Assembly (NCBI GenBank): GCA_041492755.1
Contig: JBGPXN010000093.1
Location: forward strand, 1 to 16,675
Origin: Candidatus Methylomirabilia bacterium
GTDB lineage: Bacteria; Methylomirabilota; Methylomirabilia; Rokubacteriales; CSP1-6
Length of the DNA stretch: 16,675 nt
Direction: 5' to 3'
Part shown: one piece after another, positions 11,698-16,675 of the stretch
How positions within the stretch are numbered: position 1 is the stretch's first letter
Layout of the letters: every line of letters begins with the position of its first letter
The notes under the pieces: model-generated
Seen by the model: the letters and a program-made list of their open reading frames with translations, nothing else
Database searches by the model: none
Told to the model about the DNA's origin: nothing
Program-made: the position numbers and the translations under genes

Positions 11698-12093
11698 TCA
11701 GAGCTTGGCGACCCCCGCGCGGGCACAGTCCTCGTCTTGCTGCGCGGTGCCGCCACCCACGCCGCACGCCCCTTCGAGCACGCCGTGGCGGATGATCGGC
11801 ACCGCGCCCTGGCTCGGGATCATGTGCCCGCCCTCGGCCGCGACGATGCCCTGGATGATGGGGCTGCCCGCCCGCTCGGCCAGCTCGCCACTGGGCCGGG
11901 CGAAGCCGGCCGAGGCGATGGCTTTGCCCTGAGAGCCGTAGAGACTGCCCCAGATCGCGCCGTCCATGCGATTGAACGCGACCAGGCGCCCGCCGGCGTC
12001 GCAGACCGCGACACTGATCCGGATGTTCATCTCCCGGGCCTTCTCCACCGCGCCTTGCACGACCTGATTCGCTTCCGCGAGCGTTAGAGCCAT
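11698..12093 (-). CDS. GlcG/HbpS family heme-binding protein
   Basis: 131 aa: LTLAEANQVV, ISVAVCDAGGRLVAFNRMDGA, GKAIAS, GAVPII...GACGVGGGTAQQDEDCA. SD AGGAGG on the minus strand (CCTCCT at 12100-12105). Confidence 0.88.
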   Translation of the reverse strand: MALTLAEANQVVQGAVEKAREMNIRISVAVCDAGGRLVAFNRMDGAIWGSLYGSQGKAIASAGFARPSGELAERAGSPIIQGIVAAEGGHMIPSQGAVPIIRHGVLEGACGVGGGTAQQDEDCARAGVAKL

Positions 12094-12129
12094 CTGTGGC
12101 CTCCTCTCGGTTGTTCGAGCGCGCCGCTC

Positions 12130-12158
12130 ACTTTACTCAGCGGTCGTACCGTCAGCAA
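12130..12158 (-). promoter_or_regulatory. Candidate sigma70-type promoter for the GlcG-family gene
   Basis: Minus strand TTGCTG (12158-12153), 17-nt spacer, TAAAGT (12135-12130), about 37 nt upstream of the start codon. Confidence 0.45.
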
Positions 12159-12177
12159 CCCGTACACTCGTCGAGTC

Positions 12178-12894
12178 GTGCTGCGGCGAGCGCCCGTCGA
12201 GCAGGAGTCCGACCTCTACCCGGCCGTGAAGGAGTTCCTCGCGGGTCAGGGATACGAGGTCAAGGGTGAGGTCGTCGGCTGCGACGTCGTGGCCACGCGC
12301 GGCGCCGAGCCTCCCGTCATCGTCGAGCTGAAGCTGACGCTCAACCTGGCGCTGCTGCTGCAGGGCGTGGACCGATTGTCGATGACCGAGCATGTCTACC
12401 TGGCCGTCGCCCGTCCGCGCGGCCGCGGAGCCCGACGGGCCTCCGTGTATCGCCGGGACGTGCGGAGCCTCTGCCGACGACTGGGTCTCGGGCTGATGGC
12501 CGTCGCGCCCGGATCCCGGGGCGGCGTCGAGGTGCTCCTCGACCCCGTGCCCTATCGCCCCCGCCCGCGGCCCCGGCGCCTGGCCGCGCTCCTGGGCGAG
12601 CACGCGCGGCGGGCGGGCGACCCCAACCGTGGCGGCATCACGAAGACTCCGGTGGTGACCGCGTATCGCCAGGAAGCGCTGCGGTGCGCGGCGTTGATCC
12701 ACGAGCACGGGCAGGGGCGCCTCGGCGTGCTGCGCGAGACGGGCGTGGTGCCCAACGCGCCGCGCATCCTGCAGCGCGACGTCTACGGCTGGTTTCGCCG
12801 CGTCGGGCGCGCCACCTACGAGCTGACTGACCGGGCCCGCGAGGATCTGCGGCGGTTCACGGCGGCCGGCGCGCTGCCGCCCGGATGTGGTTGA
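12178..12894 (+). CDS. DUF2161 family putative PD-(D/E)xK-fold protein
   Basis: ESDLYPAVKEFLAGQGYEVKGEV, CDVVA, IVELKLTLNLALLLQGVDR, LCRRLGLGL, GDPNRGG, VTAYRQEALRCA, ILQRDVYGWFRRVGRATYELT. GTG start uncertain (no SD). Confidence 0.85.
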   Translation: MLRRAPVEQESDLYPAVKEFLAGQGYEVKGEVVGCDVVATRGAEPPVIVELKLTLNLALLLQGVDRLSMTEHVYLAVARPRGRGARRASVYRRDVRSLCRRLGLGLMAVAPGSRGGVEVLLDPVPYRPRPRPRRLAALLGEHARRAGDPNRGGITKTPVVTAYRQEALRCAALIHEHGQGRLGVLRETGVVPNAPRILQRDVYGWFRRVGRATYELTDRAREDLRRFTAAGALPPGCG

Positions 12895-12917
12895 CTGGTG
12901 ATCGTGGCGGGCTTGCG

Positions 12918-13718
12918 ATGACGGTCGGTGGAGCCAAGCGCCGCGCCCTCGGTCAGCACTTCCTGCGGGATCGCGCGGTCGCTCGCGCCATCGTCGACCT
13001 CGTGGCGCCCGGGCCGAGCGACCTCGTCGTGGAGATCGGCCCCGGACAGGGCGCGCTCACCGGGGAGCTCGCGGCCCGGGCCGGACGCGTGATCGCGCTC
13101 GAGATCGACGCCGGTCTGGTCGCGACGCTGCGCCCGCAATTCCCCGGCGTCGAGGTGATCGAAGCGGACGCCCGCGGCTGGGACTACGGCACGGTGACGC
13201 GGCCCGAAGGCGGCCGCGTGCTCGTGGTCGGCAACCTTCCCTACAGCACCGGCAAGCCGATCCTCCAGGCCCTCGTCGAGGCGCGGACCGCGATCGACGC
13301 GATGGCGCTCATGCTCCAGCGCGAAGTCGCCGACCGCGTGGCGGCGCCGCCCGGCAGCAAGGTGTACGGCAGCCTCTCGGTGCTCACGCAGCTCTACTGC
13401 GACGTGCGCGTTGCCCTGCGCGTGCCCCCCGGCGCCTTTTGGCCCCCGCCGAAAGTCGATTCCGCCGTGCTGCTCCTGCGCCCACTCCCGGGACCCCGGG
13501 TGGCGGTCGCGAACGAGCGCCGGTTTCACGTCGTCGTCCGAGCTGCGTTCGCCCAACGCCGCAAGACCCTCGCAAACGGACTCGCCGGTGGCCTCGGCAT
13601 ATCCGCCGATCGTGTCCGCGCGGGCGCCGAAACCGCTGGAATCGACCCCGGCCGCCGCGCCGAAACCCTCACGCTCGCCGAGTTCGCCCGCCTCGCCGCC
13701 GCCCTGCCCGCCTCCTGA
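12918..13718 (+). CDS. rsmA: 16S rRNA m6,2A1518/1519 dimethyltransferase (KsgA)
   Basis: RALGQHFL, VVEIGPGQGALT, ALEID, VVGNLPY, LMLQREVADR, YGSLSV, FWPPPKVDSAV, AFAQRRKTLAN, RRAETLT. ATG 12918 gives a typical N-terminus; ATG 12885 is an in-frame alternative. Confidence 0.95.
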   Translation: MTVGGAKRRALGQHFLRDRAVARAIVDLVAPGPSDLVVEIGPGQGALTGELAARAGRVIALEIDAGLVATLRPQFPGVEVIEADARGWDYGTVTRPEGGRVLVVGNLPYSTGKPILQALVEARTAIDAMALMLQREVADRVAAPPGSKVYGSLSVLTQLYCDVRVALRVPPGAFWPPPKVDSAVLLLRPLPGPRVAVANERRFHVVVRAAFAQRRKTLANGLAGGLGISADRVRAGAETAGIDPGRRAETLTLAEFARLAAALPAS

Positions 13719-13732
13719 GAAGCGGCCAAGGC

Positions 13733-13793
13733 AGAGGGCGTGGGCAGGGGTGCGCAGCGAATAGTTGGCGAAGCATCCCTGCCCACGCCCTCT
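13733..13793. terminator. Long inverted repeat after rsmA (terminator-like or REP-like hairpin)
   Basis: AGAGGGCGTGGGCAGGGGTGC (13733-13753) pairs with GCATCCCTGCCCACGCCCTCT (13773-13793): 21 bp with one G-U. No U-tract. Confidence 0.55.
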
Positions 13794-13893
13794 CAGCCCG
13801 CCGGGGCGGCTTGACACGCTGAGCGCCGGTATGGTCTGCTCGGACACCGATCGAGCTTGCCGAGCCCAAGAGACGTCCGAGAGGAGGGCCCGG

Positions 13894-14799
13894 GTGCGCA
13901 TAGCCGCATTGACGTGGAAGCGCAAACAATGGGAGCCGCTGGCGTTCGCCACCCCGGCGCTCCTGCTGATCGCGTTCGTCATCCTCTTCCCGCTCGGCTA
14001 TTCCTTCTACCTGTCGTTCCAGAACTTCGACCTCTCCGTCGGCCCCGACTACGAGTACGTGGGCGGCAAGAACTACGCCGAGGCGATCTTCCACGACCAG
14101 CGCTTCTTGGGCTCCGTCTGGAACACGGCGGTGATCATCGCGCCGTCGCTCGGGCTCGAGCTCCTGCTCGGGCTCGGGATCGCGATGCTGCTCAGCCGCG
14201 TGCTGCGCGGCCGGCCCATCATCACCGCGCTGCTCGCCATTCCGGCCATGGTCTCGCCGGTGATGGCCGCGATGGCGTGGCGGATGATGTACGGGGTGAA
14301 GTACGGCGCCATCAACAACCTCGGGCGCCAGCTCGGGATCCTCGACGTGTACTTCGACTGGTTCTCGTCCCCCTTCATCTCCATCCTCGCCGTCGTGCTC
14401 GTCGAGGTCTGGCACAACACGCCGTTCATGATGCTGGTGCTCCTGGCCGGCCTGCAGTCGATCCCTCAGGAGCTATACGAGGCGGCCAAGGCCGACGGCG
14501 CCAGCCCCTGGCAGAGCTTCTGGTCGATCACGCTGCCGCTGCTCAAGTTCACGATGGCGGTGGGCGTGATGATCCGGCTCATCGACCTCACCAAGCTCTT
14601 CGGGTTGATCTTCGTCCTCACGTTCGGCGGACCCGGCGGCAGCACGGAGACGGTGGCGTTCACGACGTACCTGATGGGCTTCAAGGATTTCCGGATGAGC
14701 TATGCCGCGGCGCTCTCCTACGTGATCGTCGGGGGCGTGCTCGTCCTGACCCTGATCTTCCTCTGGATGCAGCGGGTGCGGGAGGCGCGGGCGGCCTGA
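13894..14799 (+). CDS. Carbohydrate ABC transporter permease (MalF/UgpA-like)
   Basis: GTG 13894 with AGGAGG at 13882-13887; the track start at 13765 lies inside the hairpin. Multiple TM helices and VWHNTPFMMLVLLAGLQSIPQELYEAAKADGAS (EAA loop). Confidence 0.92.
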   Translation: MRIAALTWKRKQWEPLAFATPALLLIAFVILFPLGYSFYLSFQNFDLSVGPDYEYVGGKNYAEAIFHDQRFLGSVWNTAVIIAPSLGLELLLGLGIAMLLSRVLRGRPIITALLAIPAMVSPVMAAMAWRMMYGVKYGAINNLGRQLGILDVYFDWFSSPFISILAVVLVEVWHNTPFMMLVLLAGLQSIPQELYEAAKADGASPWQSFWSITLPLLKFTMAVGVMIRLIDLTKLFGLIFVLTFGGPGGSTETVAFTTYLMGFKDFRMSYAAALSYVIVGGVLVLTLIFLWMQRVREARAA

Positions 14800-15680
14800 T
14801 GGCCATCGCCATCGAGCGGAGCGCGGTCATGGCCCAGCGGGCGAAGCGCCACCGCGTGTGGCGGCGGGTCGGCCACGGGCTGACCTACCTCGGGCTGTTC
14901 GTCGCGCTGGTCTTCTTCCTCGGGCCGTTCTTCTGGATCGTCACCACGTCGCTCAAGGGCAACGAGGACTTCTTCGCGTTCCCGCCGGTGTGGATCCCGC
15001 ACGAGCCATCGTTCAAGCACTACCTCGCCCTCTTCACCCGGTCGAGCGGCGCGCGCTACTTCGCCAACAGCATGATCCTGTCCACGATGAGCATGATCGC
15101 CGCGCTGGTGGTGAGCCTGCCCACCGCCTACTCGATCGCGCGCTGGCGCTTCGGCGGCGGGCTGCTCTCCATCTTCCTGCTCGTGCTCCGGATGCTGCCG
15201 GCCATCGCGCTCATCATCCCGATCTACATCGTCTACAAGCTGCTCGGGATCACCAACAACTACCTGGCCCTGGTCGTGATCTACACCGTGCTCTACATCC
15301 CGTTCGCGGTGTGGCTGCTCGTCGGGTTCCTCCGCGATTTCCCGGTCGAGATCGAGGAGGCGGCGATGATCGACGGCTGCTCGCGGTTGCGGGCGCTCGT
15401 GCAGGTGGTGATGCCGATCATCGCGCCCGGCATGGCGGTGGTGGGGCTGTTCGCGTTCATCGCGACGTGGAACGAGTTCCTGTTCGCGATCGTGCTCACC
15501 GGCATCGAGACCAAGACCATGATGGTGCTGGTGACGTCGTTCACCAGCGGTGGCACCGACATGTTCTACGGCGAGGCGTCGGCGTCGGTCGTGCTCGGCG
15601 TCCTCCCCGCGTTCGCGGTCGCGCTCATGCTCCAGCGCTACCTGGTCAAGGGCCTGGCGCTGGGTGGAACCAAAGGGTAG
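14799..15680 (+). CDS. Carbohydrate ABC transporter permease (MalG/UgpE-like)
   Basis: ATG 14799 in a TGATG overlap with the preceding stop. PFFWIVTTSLK, YFANS, FLRDFPVEIEEAAMIDGCS (EAA loop), WNEFLFA, QRYLVKGL. Confidence 0.92.
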   Translation: MAIAIERSAVMAQRAKRHRVWRRVGHGLTYLGLFVALVFFLGPFFWIVTTSLKGNEDFFAFPPVWIPHEPSFKHYLALFTRSSGARYFANSMILSTMSMIAALVVSLPTAYSIARWRFGGGLLSIFLLVLRMLPAIALIIPIYIVYKLLGITNNYLALVVIYTVLYIPFAVWLLVGFLRDFPVEIEEAAMIDGCSRLRALVQVVMPIIAPGMAVVGLFAFIATWNEFLFAIVLTGIETKTMMVLVTSFTSGGTDMFYGEASASVVLGVLPAFAVALMLQRYLVKGLALGGTKG

Positions 15681-15703
15681 TCGCAAGGCCAAAGGAGGCC
15701 TCC

Positions 15704-16675
15704 ATGAAACGATCCCTGCTGCTGGCATTCCTCGCCCTCGTCCTCGTCGGCCTCGTGATGGCGGGGACCGTCCTCGTCGCCCCGGTGGGCGCGGCGCGGC
15801 CGTACGAGGGCCAGACCATCCGGGCCGTGGTCAATGCCGAGTACGTGAAATACTCGCTGACCCTGATCGAGAAGGACCTTTACGAGAAGCTCGGCGTGAA
15901 GATCGAGATCGAGGTCATCCCGCTGGACGCGTTCGTGGCCAAGACGCTGCTCGAATTCAACTCCGGCGGCAGCCCCTGGGACCTCGTCATGTTCGGCCCC
16001 TCCAACATGCCCGACTACGGCCGGCACTTCGAGCCGCTCGAGCCCTGGGTCGAGAAGCTGAAGCTCGACTTCCAGATGGACGACATCGTGCCCGTGTTCG
16101 CCAAGGTCATGCTGCGTTACCAGGGCAAGCTCGTGAGCATGCCGTACGACGGCGACATCCACATCATGTACTGGAACAAGGTCGCCTTCGAGCGGCCGGA
16201 CAACAAGGCGAAGTTCAAGGCCAAGTACAAGTACGACCTGCAGCCGCCCAAGACGTGGAGGCAGTGGGACGACGCCGCCGAGTTCTTCCACGGCTGGGGC
16301 TGGGACGGCAGCCAGAACAAGCTCTTCGGCGCCGGCGCCTCCTACAAGCCGTCGGGCAGCGGGTACTCGTACCACTGGTGGCGCTCGCGCTTCTTCTCGT
16401 ACGGTGGCCAGTACTTCGACGGGAACATGAAGCCGTTGATCAACTCCGCGGCGGGCCTGCGCGCCCTCGAGGAGATGGTCAAGACCATGCCGTACTACCC
16501 GCCCGGCGTGCTCCTCTTCGAGTCGGAAGAGCCGAAGACGATGCTCATCAAGGGCGAGGTGCCCATGCTGTACTCGTGGACCTCGACCGGCAAGCGCGTG
16601 GGCAACCCGTCGGAGTCCTTGATCATCGGCAAGGCCGGCTTCGGGCTCGTGCCCGGCGCCGAGATCGACGGCAAG
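15704..16675 (+). CDS. Carbohydrate ABC transporter substrate-binding protein (partial, runs off the window end; absent from the ORF track)
   Basis: SD AAGGAGG at 15692-15698, ATG 15704, open to the window end. Translates as MKRSLLLAFLALVLVGLVMAGTVLVAPVGAARPYEGQTIRAVV..., with SBP family 1-like MPYDGDIHIMYWNK, PPKTWRQWDDAAEFF, SYGGQYFD and PLINSAAG. Sec signal peptide without a lipobox Cys. Confidence 0.9.
   Translation, partial: MKRSLLLAFLALVLVGLVMAGTVLVAPVGAARPYEGQTIRAVVNAEYVKYSLTLIEKDLYEKLGVKIEIEVIPLDAFVAKTLLEFNSGGSPWDLVMFGPSNMPDYGRHFEPLEPWVEKLKLDFQMDDIVPVFAKVMLRYQGKLVSMPYDGDIHIMYWNKVAFERPDNKAKFKAKYKYDLQPPKTWRQWDDAAEFFHGWGWDGSQNKLFGAGASYKPSGSGYSYHWWRSRFFSYGGQYFDGNMKPLINSAAGLRALEEMVKTMPYYPPGVLLFESEEPKTMLIKGEVPMLYSWTSTGKRVGNPSESLIIGKAGFGLVPGAEIDGK

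Noticed and set aside
12178..13718. Nuclease-like gene plus adenine methyltransferase read as a restriction-modification pair
   Set aside because: The methyltransferase has all the RsmA/KsgA-specific motifs (GQHFL, QREVADR, PPPKVDSAV, RRKTL, RAETL) and host-like composition, so it is the housekeeping rRNA enzyme.
13857..14798. Apparent 607-aa fused permease
   Set aside because: The first 314 codons are an off-frame shadow of the first permease; the real gene starts at ATG 14799.

Overview
A very GC-rich bacterial chromosomal window. The SBP signal peptide has no lipobox, consistent with a diderm. The style of the intergenic hairpin element suggests Ca. Rokubacteria/Methylomirabilota, but that is a tentative recollection-based guess. 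Left third: a housekeeping run glnB(P-II)-glnE-polA-coaE, with stop/start overlaps at every junction. glnE appears to start at a non-canonical CTG (445), 70 codons upstream of the ORF-track start. PolA has a dead proofreading domain and Tyr at the E. coli F762-equivalent position. Middle: a small secreted-protein gene appears truncated at about 7125. It is followed by a ~2 kb, lower-GC islet carrying a CX6CX2C radical-SAM-like DUF5131 (Gp37/Gp68) gene and its SAM-dependent methyltransferase-like partner TcmP. This pair is the best candidate here for an uncharacterised nucleic-acid-modification or defence system. Right half: a metal-dependent amidohydrolase with a DUF3500 gene, a convergent GlcG/HbpS-type protein, a DUF2161 PD-(D/E)xK-like gene, rsmA, a 21-bp hairpin, and a carbohydrate (CUT1) ABC transporter (two permeases plus a binding protein cut by the window end). 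No tRNA, rRNA, CRISPR array, integrase or transposase was recognised.
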